From the human T2T-CHM13v2.0 reference genome, Homo sapiens, in assembly GCF_009914755.1 (NCBI RefSeq), contig NC_060932.1: a DNA stretch of 64,000 nucleotides. One strand, 5' to 3'. A program made the position numbers and the translations under genes. The first letter of the stretch is position 1; each line of letters starts with the position of its first letter. Positions 12,070-27,019 of this stretch are shown one piece after another. The notes under the pieces are model-generated. The model was not told the DNA's origin, searched no databases, and saw nothing but the letters and a program-made list of their open reading frames with translations.

Positions 12070-12850
12070 AGTGGGAATTCCTCCTAAGGACCCTCTGCTA
12101 ACCCTCCCCACCCCATACACCGCTTTGCAAGCATGGAAGTAAAGTAAAATCTTGAGTACATTCAAGGGAAATTCCAGACACCTAGCTAGCCCTAGGAAGT
12201 AAATGGGCAACATAATAAGCAAGAAGGCAATAGTAGCTTAAAACGACAGCCAAGGAAGTTAGAGTCACAGGATGTTTGGTTCCTTATAGAAATGAAAGAC
12301 AACATCTTAACATATGTTCCTGAGTTGTTTTTCAGAAACCCTAAACCCTACCAAGTGGATCTGCTGGCACACAGACCTCAGATAGAGGAACTGAGCCCTG
12401 AACTCGGATCATCATTCTTCGTTCTAAATTTCTTCCAAAAGGGCATGGGGGAAGTCACAACCACAAGCCAGAGCTAACCTTTTCTGCTGATCCCAATTGT
12501 GAAGCACACTTCTCTTCCTTAACGAATTGCAAATCAGAAAATCTTTTAATCTACCTATAACCTGTAAGGTCTTACTTCAAGATATCCCACTTGTTGAGGC
12601 CAAACCAATGTAAAATCTCCATGTATTGATTGATGATTTTGCCGGTAATTTCTGCTTTCCTGAAATTTTCCCTGCCTTTAAGAACTCTTGCTGGTATGCC
12701 ATCAGAAAGGTCGACTCTTAGGTGTCAGCTGCTCAATTCTCCTTGCTTGGTGCCCTGCAAAGGAACGCCCTCATTTTTCCCACTGCAAACATCAGTGTGG
12801 GTGTTTGGTCTCACTGTGTGGGCAAGTAGATCCCAGTTCAGTTAGGACAG
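12070..12850 (+). mobile_element. ERV1-class solo LTR (subfamily not assigned, left edge approximate)
   Basis: MER4-group-like ACGAATTGCAAATCAGAAAATCTTTTAATCTACCTATAACCTG, and U5-like ACTGCAAACATCAGTGTGGGTGTTTGG. Confidence 0.65.
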
Positions 12851-12949
12851 AGTCCTTCCACTGGGGATGCTCAGACCTCACCCATGTGCACTCAGATTCT
12901 TTTTTAGGGACTGGGTTGGGTTGCTCTTCCCCAAGCTATGAGTCTGTTC

Positions 12950-13225
12950 ACATGAGTGAGCATAGTGGTTTAAAGGCATTGACCGTACAGTTTGAGGTTC
13001 AATTCCTGGCTCCAGCACTGGCCATCTTGCGACCTCAGGCAAATTAAGTAAACCGTGTGGGCCTGCTTCCCTCTTCTGTGACATGGGGATAATCATAATA
13101 CCTGGTCATATATAATAAGGTCAGGAGGCCATGAGGTTATGCAGGTAAAATACCTAATCCAGAGCTTTTGAGCTAGTAAGTATTTGACAAATACTGGCTG
13201 CATTATTTTCATTGTTATTGTTAAT
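12950..13225 (+). mobile_element. MIR
   Basis: GCATAGTGGTTTAAAGGCAT, GGTTCAATTCCTGGCTCCAGCACT, TGGGGATAATCATAATACCT and an ATT-rich tail. Confidence 0.75.
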
Positions 13226-13508
13226 AGGCATATAGTCCAGAACCATCACCACCGCCTGCCTTGACTGGAGTCCTGTTGGGATGCTGATTAAATACGGCAC
13301 AGTTGATGACCCAGCTGTCACCTAGGAGGAATGCATCACACCAGGACAACCTCCCCAGTGATGCAAACTCTGGCTCATGGGCCTCTCCGCTGATGCTGTG
13401 GTTTCCAGATTCCCCAAATGTCACTTGCTGACCCAAATGACACTGAGGCTGAAAAAGTCAGGCATGAGACCCAGATAAGGCATAATTCAAAATATTTAGC
13501 ACACACTT

Positions 13509-13545
13509 CCCCCCCCCCCCCCCCCACCCACACACACACACAGAC
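13509..13545. repeat. C17 homopolymer followed by (CA)n
   Basis: 17 consecutive C (13509-13525), then CACACACA. Confidence 0.95.
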
Positions 13546-14286
13546 ACCCAGTTCTATGGAGCTCTAGGCCTCTGGGACGCGGGTATGAGAAGATCAGATA
13601 TATAAGAACAGAAAATAACGTAACGGCCGTGTCAGATGGCTGATTCCCTCCTAAGGAGGCAAATCGGCAGATGGATTTTAGATAGAGGCTACATATGCCA
13701 AGATGGTGCATACACTGTGGTATGCAGAGGAGGGAGGAGAAGCTGGGTTCACTCGCCCTGGTCAGGGTGAACTGTCACCAGAGAACAAAATGACTGGAAA
13801 GTCTGTGCACTGAGGGAGACTTCTCTTTTAGGAGGTGTATGCAGGAGAAAATTCTTCAGAGGAGTCTGCCTGTTAGACTCTTAGCAAGTGAACAGGAGTG
13901 CGGGAGCGGAGATACAGCTGACCCGTTAGACATCCCGAGCACCACCTTCGGAAGGGGCGTGGAAGAGCACCTCCCTCCCTGCACCCCCCTCCTTCCTCTG
14001 GATAAGGTGAGGTCATGGGCTGGCCCCCTGACAACAGGAGCTACTTTCCATGACAACCTAAGATGCTGCTGCTGCATGAGAGGGAGAATTACAGTCAGGC
14101 TCACATTAGCTTCAGGCAGTGTGTAAAAGGGGAATCAGCACTGCATTAAAGGGAAATGAGTATTTGTTTTGAAATGTATTTAAAAGCTCTGGCTGGTTAA
14201 TTATTTAAGGACCAGCGGGTATCTCAGCTGCCATGGAAACCTCTGGTTATGTGATTCCTTCCTGGAACCCTCAGACACCTCCCTGC

Positions 14287-14636
14287 AACACACACACATT
14301 CACACACGCAAACACACACTCTCACTCACATTTACACACCTACACTTACATAGGCACACTCATACACATATGGTCACACACACACACATGCATTTGCACA
14401 CATACAGTCACAGAGACATTAACTTATACACATAAATGGCCACACACTTATATACTCACATTTGTACACATCCACATGCTTATATACATTTTCACACTCA
14501 CATTCACATATACACACAAATGGTCACACACATTCACACATTCACATGCATTCACACTCACATAAATGCAAACACTTACACACTCATACACACTCACACA
14601 AACACATTCACATTCACGCTCTCTCACACACGCACG
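14287..14636. repeat. Degenerate (CA)n/(CACAT)n low-complexity tract
   Basis: About 350 bp of CACA/CACT/CATA units; translates as His/Thr-rich ORFs in all plus frames. Confidence 0.9.
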
Positions 14637-16651
14637 ACTCTGTTGGAGCCCTCATATTTTCCTGCTCTCTCTATCCATGAGGTGCTCAGAGACTGCCCTA
14701 GGACTTGTGCAAGATGTCCTGGGTCATCCCTTCCAGCCACTTTGACTCCAAGCAGGCTGCTGCCCTTTGTACGTGGAACCAGGCACAGCGTGTCTCCCTT
14801 TCTAAATTATAGTCAAGCACCATTATGAACAGGTGGGGCCACTAACTGACTTTGCTCAGAGTCTACCACAAGGCTTAGGGGAAACAGCAGGCCAGACACA
14901 CGAGGGACTAGAAACATGACTAACATCACTTGCTGTCTGTGTGACCTTGGACAAGTTCCTTAGCCTCTCTGACCCATAATTTCCTCATCTGTCAAATGGG
15001 GATCATAACAGCAGACATGCCTTTTATTTGGATGATCTTATTTGATCCTCTGAGCCACCCTTGAAGCAGGGGTCATTTCTATCCTCATATGCTAGATGAC
15101 GAGAAACCCCTGGTTCAGAAAGAATGACAAACTTCCCCAAAGATACATATATGAGTCCAGGCGGTGTCCCACCACAGACCACTTGTTTGCACTACCACCT
15201 CCTTACCAGTGAATTGCTATGAAGACGGCAGGAGATGTGCATGGCATCAGAGAAGGTGAGTCCCCCCATGCACACCTCCTTTGCCCGGAAGGATATGGAC
15301 GGATGCCCTGCACTTAGGCCAGAGGCAGGTGGAGTTTCCTGCTGGCTTCGGGAGCAGGATCCTTGCCTTGGAAAAGAGTCAAGTCCAAAGGCCAAGTTCC
15401 CTTTCGAAAGAACTTTTCCAGAGCTGGAGTGGCGCCTCTCATCCCTCCCTACACTGCTGTGGCGCTGCACCACTGAACTATATAATTGCATATTTGTTCC
15501 TGTTGAGTCTTGAAATATCAGGGCCCAGTGTATAATTCCAGGGCTCCTGTACTGAAGATACTGCCATGTAACTACCAAATAAAAAGACAAATAATGTGGC
15601 CAGAGCTGCAAGCCCATACTGCCCTGCTTAATTAATGGAAAACTTTATTAAGAGCACGCAGAAAACAGACCAACCTCTGACACCAAGCCTTCCCAGAGGA
15701 TCCTTAAAGGGATAATAACGCCTCCTGAATAAATCCAGCATAAGAGTCTACTAAGAGTCTTTCATAATATCTTGTCTGTGTGCAGCTTTGATGACTGTGT
15801 TTGTGATGGGGCAGGGATGGGGTCACATTGGCACAACAAAGGCTAAGACTCTGTGTCCAGGAAGACGTTGGACATGCAAGCTGGTGGGTCTTCAGATGCC
15901 AGAGACCCTCACTGCAAGGCGGAAAACACATTTGGGTTAGGACAAATAGATCAGAATCCAGGGAAATGTAAAAAGATTGCTGTACACGAGGATAGATGAG
16001 TCCAGATAAGCAATTTGTCAATCACACAGGCAGAAATTTCTCTGCAGAAAAGAGATCCTGAGAGTATACAGCTCATAGGAAGGAAAAGTAATGAGGTCTG
16101 ACCAGCAGGAAAAGGCAGGTGGGCCAGGACCACACAGGTGACCAAGGGGACTTGAGTCTAGAACAAACATTGTGCTGGCTGAGGAGTTCTTTATGCATTC
16201 CCTCCCAGAGCCCCCAAAGAATTCAGTGCTTAGCTTTTCAAAGACCTGAAATAGGAAGGCACAGTTTGGTTTCCTCTGACCAAATGGACTGTATACCTCA
16301 GAAGTGACAGCCAGTGTCCAGGGAAGGGAGCCCAGGCCAAGTGTGGGATGCAAGTCCTGTAGGGCAAGGCGCCTGGACACAGAGGGTTATACATTTACAT
16401 TTGCACAGGTGAGGAAGCTGAGCAGAGAGAGGTCATGCAATTTGCCCAAGGTCATAGAAGGAGGTGGTGATGCTGCCTGGGAGCAAAACCATGGCATCCA
16501 GCTCCAGAGCCTGGAGATCAAAGTCTGGAAAGGACCCTTTGGGAGGTTCTAACAGGGAAACAGGGAGATTGAAAACATGGTCCCTTCTGCTGACAGCAGT
16601 CTGCAAACACAGGCTGGGGTTCAGCACTGGGGCAGGCAGAAGTAACAAAGC

Positions 16652-17030
16652 CTCCCTCTCCTGATCTCTGTCTCTCTGCCTCATTCTGTCTCTTTGCCTC
16701 CCTTCTCCCTCTCTCTCCCTTTCTCTCTCTTTCTGCTCTCATCTCTCTGCCTTTCTCTGTCTGTCCTTCCCCCTCTGTACATCTCTCTCTCTTTCTCTCT
16801 GTCACTCCCTTTCTCCTTTTCCCTGTCTCTCTCCCTCCCTTCCTCTCCCCCACTTTCTCTCTTTTTCTCTCTTGCCCTTTCTCACTGTCTCTCCTTCATT
16901 CTCTCCACCTCTGCCCCTCTCTCTCTCTGCCTTCCTCCCTCTTTCCCTCTCTCTTTCTCTCCCCCACCTCCTCACTCCCTCCTTCCATTTCTTTCTTTGC
17001 ATGTGTCTCCCCTCTCCTTATCTTCCCCTT
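16652..17030. repeat. CT-rich polypyrimidine tract
   Basis: About 380 bp almost entirely C/T on the plus strand. Confidence 0.9.
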
Positions 17031-18196
17031 GCTAGGAACAGGAATAAGCAGGGGAGAAGTAGAGGAAATATATAACAAATTGGCAAAAGGCTGTGTCTAA
17101 CTAGGATGTTTCTCAAACTCATCTGGGATCCGTCAGCCCTTCCTTCAACTGTCTATATTTTTGTGGTGCCATGTAATGGTTATCTCTGTTAAACAAGTTC
17201 TTATATACAGCTCTCCTCCCTGAGAACACCTGTGGGAAAACAGGTTAGGCACTCGGGTTTAGATTTTGCTGCCATTTCTGCCTTGGTTGAAAATGTATTG
17301 AAAAGGCAAGACACTTTTGTTCTGAAGACAGCGAGTTTAGTGCCAGGTAATGAGGTGTCAGGAGAGGGTTGACGGTGGAGTGTATGTCACAAAGTCCTTG
17401 TCTCCTGAATTTCTCAGAAGAATCTCACCAGCCCCAGCTTTCCTTTGAGGTCCTAAACTCAGCCGCTGCAGGGCATGAGGGTCCCAGGTCGCAGCTCTTC
17501 AGTGACATTAGACTTCCAGTGAGCTGGCAATGCAAAGAGTGGGGACCCTTGCCCAGTGGCAATCACAGTTTCTCCTCCTTCCTTTGCTGGTGCGTGGATA
17601 GGCCTGAGACGCAGCTGCCTGTGCACCCATCCCTCTAACTGGAATTATGTGTCTAGAGAAAATCCTATGGCCTCTCAAGCTTTCATTTCCAGCAGTGGCA
17701 AAAAATAATGATGCAAGCTTTCTGCTTGGGGGATGCCTTCCAGGATCTTGTGAAAATGAATGAAGCAACTGGTTGTCAAGGGCCAGTGTCTGCCCATGAC
17801 TCCATTCTACCAACCAGGGAGCTCCTCATGAATGAAAGCACTGAAGCCACTTTTCAGCCCTTTCCTGATGCCCAGCAAACGGGCTCCCTGGGATCCCCAA
17901 ACTCTCTTTCAGCACGAAAGATAAGCAGAAGAAAAACTGGATGCAATTTTTAATACCACAATCGAAAAGCAAAGCATAAGGGTTTAAAACTCCCAAAGTC
18001 CACAGCCTGCCCCAGCGTCTGCCTCTGAAACCCAGGAATTGGCATGGTGCTAGCCCTACGTTTGCAGTCAGAGGGCTGGGTGCAACCTCAGGCCCCTCCT
18101 AGCATCTTCTTTCTTTTCATGGTAATTATCTCCTTTCACCATTTCTTAACTTGTAAAGTCAACTCTTCTTTCATTAGTTCCAAAGTTGCCTCTTTC

Positions 18197-18751
18197 AGTT
18201 ACCCGAGTTGTCCTTCATTCTGTCCCTGGTGAAACTCTGTCCCAGAAAGTGAAAGTAAATAATGACTAGCAGAAATTGAGTTTGCAGGATGGTAGATAAG
18301 AAAAGCAGCAACTTGCTGAAACATGTACACTCCCTTCCTTATAAGAAAAAAGGATTTGGCGAAAATGAGTTGGAACCAAGATGGCTGACTAGAGTTTGCA
18401 CAGAACGAGCTTGCTGGTGTCACAGACTGAATTTCCACTGCATGTTTCATGCCAACTCTCCCGAATTTGCAGAAGCCACCCATGGGTTAGGATGAAGAAA
18501 TAACTGTGCATGTCCCAGGACTGTCGAGACCCCCCCTTCCCTCCAGGAATTACCTACCCATCTCAAAATCCACCCCTTGAATCTTTTCTGACATAAATAT
18601 TGCCTTGAAGCCAGTCAGCGGAGACAGAGTTGAGCTTGACTCCTATCTCCTTGGAAATTGGCATTGAACAAAAACTTCTTTTTTCAAAAACCTGGTGTCA
18701 TAGTATTGGTTTCTAGCACATCAGACAGGGAGCCCCCTTTGCTCTTTAACA
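18197..18751 (+). mobile_element. ERVL-class solo LTR (MER73/MER74/LTR53-like)
   Basis: GGAACCAAGATGGCTGAC, GAACGAGCTTGCTG, and terminal TCAAAAACCTGGTGTCATAGTATTGG...TTTGCTCTTTAACA. Confidence 0.6.
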
Positions 18752-20884
18752 CTGGCAGATACTATGCTCTTATGTTTGAGAAGCTCAGATCATCTCCACC
18801 TGCAGCCAAAATCTTTAAGACTAGAAGGGGCTTCACCAAGACCCACCCAGCGATCTCAGGACAGTTCCTGGATATCTCAGGGAAGACGTCCAGAATACAA
18901 CCTAAGATGCGTACAAACCACCTTGATCTGTTTCATGGACTCAGAGCCTCCTGTTCTCGGCTTTGTGTATAGATAATGTGAATAACAACAACACTGAGAT
19001 ATCACAAATGTATTTGTATTCATGGGTAAACTGTGTGTGTACATGTGTATGTACGTGTGCATGTGTATGAGAACATACACACGTGTATGTGTATAAGAGT
19101 AAAAAAAAAAATTTCTGAATGGAAAGATGCAGATTCCAGTTCTGTGTGTTGTTTTTCATCAAGAAATGATTCCCTATGCCCATTTTCCAACTTGTGAAGT
19201 TAACTCTCCTTTATTAATACCCCAAAATGCCTCCTTTAAGTTTTTGGGAGATAACTCCAGTGGAACCATGAAATAACCATGGAACTGGGGCCATTTCCTT
19301 ATTTTTCTTTAATTTCTGTGACCTTACCTGTAAAATGGGGCTGAGACTCTACCTTGTAGGACTGTGGTGATGAATAAAGTAGACACAAATGTGCTCTGTT
19401 CATGATGAATCATGAGAGAAAGGGCAGCCTGAACTCCTGCACATGTACCCACACAACTCTTCCACGGAAGCACAGTTAGGTCTCAGTAATTTCTTGCAAC
19501 TTACAATTGAAGCATCAGGAACTCAGGAGAGATTACCAATCCTCAGGTAGCTTCATCTCTATAAGCCTCCTAGATCAGAGAGTTGGCCTCTCCTAAAGCC
19601 AGTGACTTCCCATCAGGGACCAGGGATCCTGCTTTCTGAAACCGCAGCAAGAAGATCCCCCACCTCAGTTATACCCAGAGGGGTCTCTCTTCTAAGGGGA
19701 GAAACAAGCAAAGAAACTAACAAATAGGAAGTATAAGATATTTGTGCAAGTTAGGGGAAGGCATATGAAAGGTCCCATCAGTTTTTATGGAAATTAAAAA
19801 TATGGGGTCCCATTCCCCAGTCTGAGGACCCAAACCATTCTCCTTTTTTTTTTTTAATGGGAGTCCTACCCCTTGTATATCTCTGTTTTCATCATCTCAG
19901 ATCTTGTTGGCTCCCTCTCAGAATCTGGTAGTGCTCTCCAGTGAAAAGACATGTACAAGTAACTAAACAAAAATCCAGTTAAGCTGCTAGGTGAGAAAAG
20001 TAATTGCTAAGAACAAAGCATGTCTACTGCATGAAATGCTATTTTTTAAAAGGCCATGGCTACAGTTTCCATGTGGAGGCTTGGAACACCACAGCTTTGA
20101 AGGGTAACAGGCACTATTCTTCCAGGAGGCTGATACTGTGAAGGTCACAGGTTGTTTCTGTTACAGGGAAGGGAGGTAGGTACCTGGAGGCTGCAGGAAA
20201 ATGCATGGCCGACAGGGCCCTGAGACGGTGGGGGTGGAATCAGCACCTCTCCTCAATCAGACATAGCCCTGCCCCATTTACACCTCAGACATCGACCTCC
20301 ATGGAGCAGACACATGTGGAATGGGGGCATCCCAAATTATGGGTAAGGTCAGTTCCATGGGGCCCCCAGAATTCTTCATCCCACAGACCTTTTGAAGGTA
20401 GTGTGTAGATCTGAAAAACCAAATGAATAATTAAACACTTTGTATTCAAGCTCCTTGTTCTGCATTGCTTCAAACACTTTTCATACTTGTTAATGCTCCC
20501 TTAAGTCTGTACTTTTCCTTGGAGTGGAGGAGAGGCAAGAATAGATATTATTAACTCCATTTTATAGGAGAGACTGAGGCACAAAGTGGGGTAGCAGAGG
20601 GCCTGCAGGGAACCAACAGGGAGCTAACCAGAAAGCAGGGCCAAATGGATGGACCCTTTTTAGGGCTGTATGCATTTGGCTAGGGAGAGGAAAAAAAACG
20701 TAAATACACAATGTAAACAAGTGCAAATTGTTTGTGAACCCTAAGTGAGGAGTGGAGTTGGACACTAGCCTCTAAAAGCAATGAATGAGGGCTTCCTTCC
20801 TCCGTGAGTAGGAAATGTCCCAAGGAGGCAGGCCTGCTTGCTGCTGCCTCTCCACCCTTGTTTTAGCCATTTTTCCTCTTATAG

Positions 20885-21334
<450 letters not shown>

Positions 21335-21336
21335 TG

Positions 21337-21869
21337 AGCTTGTGCCATCCACCACAGAGGCCAGTAGCCACAGGTAGCTCTAAACCAAACGAAATGATGC
21401 AAATTTGAAATGAGATGTGCTGTAAGTGTGCAAGACACACCAGACTCCAAAGAGTTTGTGTGAAAAGAAAAAAAGACGTAAAATATCTCATTGACTTTTT
21501 TTATGCTGATTACATCTTGAAATGATATTCTGAATATATCAAATTAAATAGAATGTAATACTATTAATAAAATTAACTTCACCTGTCCCTTTTCACATTT
21601 TAAAATGTGGCATTTTGAAAATTTAAGAAGAGTAGATTTTAAGTGTTCTCACCCCACACCCAAATAAAGATAAGCCAGTGATGTCATGCATATGTTAGTT
21701 AGCTTGATTTAGCCATCTCACAATATATACGTTTCAAAATACCATGCTGTACACCATGAATGTATACATTTTTATTCAATTAAAAGATAAATAAATATTT
21801 AAAAAATAAATTTAAATGCATATGTGTAGCTTGCCTCTATAGCTGGCATATTTCTACTGGATGGTACTG
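21337..21869. mobile_element. MER33-like (hAT-Charlie) element split by an L1MA 3' fragment
   Basis: TGAGATGTGCTGTAAGTGT...AAAATATCTCATT...AATTAACTTCACCTG. Resumes after the L1 with CATATGTGTAGCTTG...ATATTTCTACTGGA. Confidence 0.7.
21626..21808 (+). mobile_element. L1MA 3' end (5'-truncated)
   Basis: GAGTAGATTTTAAGTGTTCTCACC and TAGCTTGATTTAGCCAT, an A-rich end, and AAATTTAA on both sides. Confidence 0.8.
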
Positions 21870-22020
21870 TTTTCAGATACTTCTACCAGTTGCTAAGAAA
21901 ACAGTTGTGAGACCTCCCCAGAATGGAGTGGGCATGCCTGAGGAGCCCATTTTAAATCTATGTGACAACCTTGTGATCTGCATGGAACAATCCCCTATAT
22001 CCCATTAAAAAAGGAAACTG

Positions 22021-22285
22021 GGGACTGAGGTGGGAGGACTGCTTGATGCCAGGAGTTCAGGCTAGTCTGGACAACACAGTGAGACCCCCATTTCTATAAA
22101 AAAAAATTTAAAACTCAGCCAGGCATGGTAGGGTGCACCTGTAGTTCTCGCTACTCTGGAGGCTGAGGTGGGAGGACTGTGTGAGTCCAGGAGTAAGAGG
22201 CTGCAATGAGTGATAAGAGGCTGCCACCGAACTCCAGCCTGAGCAACAAAGGGAGACCCTGTCTCTAAAAAAATGAAATAAAATA
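22021..22285 (+). mobile_element. AluJ, 5'-truncated, within a MIR
   Basis: GAGGTGGGAGGACTGCTTGA...GAGACCCTGTCTCTAAAAAAA with J-type GGAGGA arms; internal TAAGAGGCTGC duplication. Confidence 0.85.
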
Positions 22286-24406
22286 TTTTAAAAAGAGGAG
22301 ACTGAGGCCCAGAGGCACTGAGAGCCTTGCTCAAGACCACAGAGTCCCTGAGGGTCAGACCTGCATTGGGGCACACATTTTCTGACTTCTGAACCTGTGG
22401 CTCTTTTCCCCAGACATAGGATTTCCTTCCTGTTAGAAACTCTGATCTTAACTTCCTCTCTACAGTGATTCCACAGCAGAACATAGCTCTAAGCTGTTCC
22501 CAGCAAGGATCAAATGTCCCCATTGCCCTGGGGCTCCAGAAAAGCCCAATCTCATGCCTGAGGTTTAGTGCATCTGTCCAGAATTATAGCTCTTTCTCTC
22601 TCCTTCTACCAACATATCCACACCTTCCTCCCAAGCTCCCTTACTTAGCATGGAGTAGAGGGATAAAGCAGGCCATCTTCATGCATACACTGAGATTCTG
22701 ATGTGTGTGCTGGTGTGGTCCACAGGTCACCAGCCTGCCGTGGCTGAGCGGACATTCTGACAAATGGGCAAGGAGCCAGCACCCTTTGACCTAAACCTTT
22801 GCCTGGCTCCAGGGCATCTGGATGCTCTGAAAAGAGCACAGATGATGCCCTCCACCTACCCATGGCAAGATGTGGTGGGAACTTAACAGACTTCTCCACA
22901 AGCTCTAGGAGCTTCTGACAAGCCAGAACCTCACAAATGCAAGGATTTAAATTTTAAATGGTCTCCATTCTGATGAGTCCTATTTTAGTTCCCAAAGCAA
23001 CCTTGGTTTTATGCTACCAAGACTCGATGTATCAGTTGTCTTTCTAGGACTACTGCTCCCTCGCTGACTAGGGCAGAAGATGGTGTCATGTTAACTTCTG
23101 TCCTTCCTGCAAGAACACTTCTCACAGAAACCTCCTGAAAACAGAAGCCTCACCTCTTATACCAGTTGTTACCTTTTCTACCATTAAAAATTACCATTCA
23201 GGACTAGCCTGAAGACCTTACTCCATTCCTGCCTAACTACAGGACTGCTTTCTGGGGATCTCATAACAGGAAGGAATCATCTCTACTCCTCAATTCCACA
23301 GGGAGCAGATGTCCAACCAGGAGTTCACAGAGAAGCAAGCACTAGAGTCCTGAACTCCTTAAAGATTAGAAGACCGGGAAAGTGACTGAACACCTTGGGA
23401 CTTTATTTTGTCCATCTGTAATTGGCAAAATGCACTCCGTGTCTACTTTGTAGCTCCTCTCCTCAGAGAGAGGGTAATCAAAGAAAATGAAATGTGAAGG
23501 AGACAGCCACATATCCTGCTAGCGAGTGGAGTACCCGGGAGATAATAAACAGGCTCTCAAGTGCCAGGCTGAATGTATCAAGGGACAAGTGAAGTATCAC
23601 AGACAGAAATGAAGTAAAAGAGGAACTGAGATGTGTTAAGTCTCTGAAATTGACAGAAAGAGACAGAATAGTCTTGTCGGGGAACCTGTTGAAGATTCAG
23701 GAGTTGAGAAATATGTTTAGAGATTCTCAGGGCCAAAAATGTGCTTAGAAGTCAAACACAGGAAAGCAACTTGGATGATTGGAGACCCTGTTCAAAGATG
23801 ACCTCCTTTGTGACAACTTTCAGGCCCCAGAGTGAGTTGTTGTTGCCTCAGTGCCCTCAGGCTCTGAAAGTGCCTCTTCCTGCCTGGACCACAGCATGCA
23901 GCACACCGGTTGATGAACACCTGACCCCAGGTCTACTCCTCCACCAGAAGGTAAGAGCCTCCAGAGCAGAGGCCAGGGCTAATCTTCACATCCCCAGTGT
24001 CTGGCACAGTGGAGCTATTCAATGCATGCCTGTTAAACTGATCAGAGGAATTTAGGGGACCTCCTGTGAATAGCCAAGGCTAAGAGAGCCAAGAAAAGAG
24101 CATGGGGTCTCCCAAACAGGCAAGGCTGGGAGAGGAAAGGCAGCTCAGGGGTTGACGAGTGTGTCTGGGGAAAGGCTTTGGGTTAGGGAAACCGGGGCAG
24201 GCAGTATTTCACACTGGGCATTCTTGGGAATTATCCAGACCAGCTTTCAAGGAAGGTAACAGCAACTAAAAGGGGAAAAAAAAGAGGGAATCTTAAAAAA
24301 AAAAGGAAAGACCAAAGTCAGAGAATCTCTGTCCAAATCTCTGCCTTGAAGGTTGGCAAGCAGTAAGAACATCAGTCAAAGTCCGGAAAAGATGTGCTAG
24401 AAGTGA

Positions 24407-24825
<419 letters not shown>

Positions 24826-24858
24826 ACTGCTCTCTTTTTTACGTCAATGCATACATAT

Positions 24859-25238
24859 TGTATTAGTCCATTCTCATTGCTGCTAATAAAGACATACCTG
24901 AGACTGTGTAACTTATAACGGAAAGAGGTTTAATTGGCTCAAAGTTCTACAAGGCTGGAGAGACCTCAGAAAACTTACTATTGTGGTACAAGAGGAGGCA
25001 AGCATGTCCTTCTTCATATGGCCACAGCAAGGAGAAGTGCAGAGCAAAGATGGATGGAAAATTCCCCTCATAAGACCATCAGATATTGTAAGAACTCACT
25101 CAATATCACAAGAACAGCATGGAGGTAACTGCCCTCACGATTCAATTACCTCCCGTAGGGTCCCTCCCATGGCATGTGGGATTATGAGAACTGCAGTTCA
25201 AAATGGGATTTGGGAGGGGACACAGTCAAACCATATCA
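24859..25238 (-). mobile_element. MaLR solo LTR, THE1C/D-like
   Basis: TGTATTAGTCCATTCTCA...ATAAAGACATACCTGAGACTG...GGGACACAGTCAAACCATATCA. Confidence 0.9.
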
Positions 25239-25759
25239 AATATATATTAAGTGACTCTGTGGGTACCTAGCATTGTGAGACATCACAGGGATAAAGAGGA
25301 AGGGAGTGGTCCTTGCTTTAAATTGCTTACAAACCCCTTACTTAGCCACAATCTATCTAAATCAGACAAACAAAAAAAGGGCACTTACTATCAGAATGTC
25401 ACTTACAGTGGAACAAGAAGAAAGGAAGTCTCCTCTCACTGATAGCTTCTCCATTAGTTAAACAGAGGCTGGGTCTGAGTAGGTATAATTTGTGAGAAAG
25501 AACCCGCTAGTGACAATTCCTGTTTGGTCAGAATTAATAACAAACATTAGAATGGGAAGGGAAGGCCCTAGATTTTAGGGTAGACCCAGGATGGGAGACC
25601 GTGAAATCAAGATGAAGTAAGTGGTGTTTACTCACAGGCACAAAGTGGCAATCTCACATGGTACTCTGGGTCTTCCTGCTGTGATCCCATCACAGAGCAG
25701 GGAAGGAGAATGCTACAAACTGTTGCTTTATTCCAACAATTCCTGTGTATAGTCTTATG

Positions 25760-26145
25760 TTTTTTCAGCATATGTTTCATGAACACCTATGATGTGCCAT
25801 GTATAGTAATATTCTAGAAGCTGGAAATCTGGAAATACAGGAATGAACAGACAGGCAAAAATGCCTGCCTTCCTGGAGCTTACATTCGAGCAAGTTGTGA
25901 CAGACAATGAACAAATAAACAAAGGAAATATTTATAATAGGTGAGAGGGTGATGGGTGCAATAGAGAAACAGCTCATGGATCATGTAGACTGGGAATAGA
26001 TAGTGTGCAAATTAAAATAGAGTGGTCAGGGCAGGCTGTACTAATGGCATGACTTCTGAACAGGGACCTGAGGAAGTAAGAGAGCAATTCACAGAACAGC
26101 TAGGGAAAAGAGTATTCTAAAAAGAAAGAATAGCAAGTGTAAATG
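25760..26145 (-). mobile_element. L2 3' fragment
   Basis: CCTGCCTTCCTGGAGCTTACATTC, GTGGTCAGGGCAGGC and CAAGTGTAAA motifs typical of antisense L2. Confidence 0.7.
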
Positions 26146-27019
26146 AAGTACCCAAGGAATGATCTTCTATGAGAAGGATCTGGGTTGGAACCAGCCCTTC
26201 TTCAGGTCAAAAGTCTATAATGAGTCCCTATGCTCTATGGCAACAAATCTAAATTATTCAACCCAACTTTCCATGTTTTCCCAAAATAATCAGCCTCACT
26301 ATCCTATCTCCCTAGCACAGTTCCTCTGAAGTAACTAGATCAGGCTCACTAATATTCCCTGTGCTAAGCTCATTCCATCTCCAGATGGCTATTAGGTTCA
26401 ACCCAATGCCTATCATGAAGCATGACACGTTAACATAGAGTTGGGCTCTGATATAAGGGACAGAGACTGGGTCATCAAAAAACAATGCCATAGGAGGAAT
26501 CTGTCTCAATAATTGACATGGGATCCAGTTCCTCTCTCACTGAGTCTGTCTATCCCCCTACCCTGTTCACTATATGCCCAGCTGCCTCTCACTCTTTGGC
26601 TTCCAGTAGGACTTACCTGGTCTATGGAGTCAACCAGCTTCAGCACTCTTGGCTCCTCAGCAGGGATTGAATTAGTTCCCCATTTTCTCTCCATCTCTAA
26701 GATGTCATCATTTCTCCCACATCCCGCTCTAATCCTAAATTGTTTAACCAATTCTATACTTTGATCTTTATTTTTACTTTCATGACCCATTTTGATTCCT
26801 TTTGCTTTCAAGGCTGTCCTATCATAAACCACCTGTTAACATTAATTCTGCCTATGTACACTTAGGAAGCCACTTCCTCTTTCTATATCTCACATTCTCC
26901 ATCATCTAGGATGAGAGTGTTGGACTTGAAAACATACAAGGTCTCTCCTGTTCCTGGCATACTGAGATCTTATGTCTCATTCCCACCTTCATGGCCCTGC
27001 TCATGCTACTTTCTGATGT

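Noticed and set aside
14233-14828. His/Thr-rich ORFs
   Set aside because: Translation of the degenerate CA repeat in all three frames.
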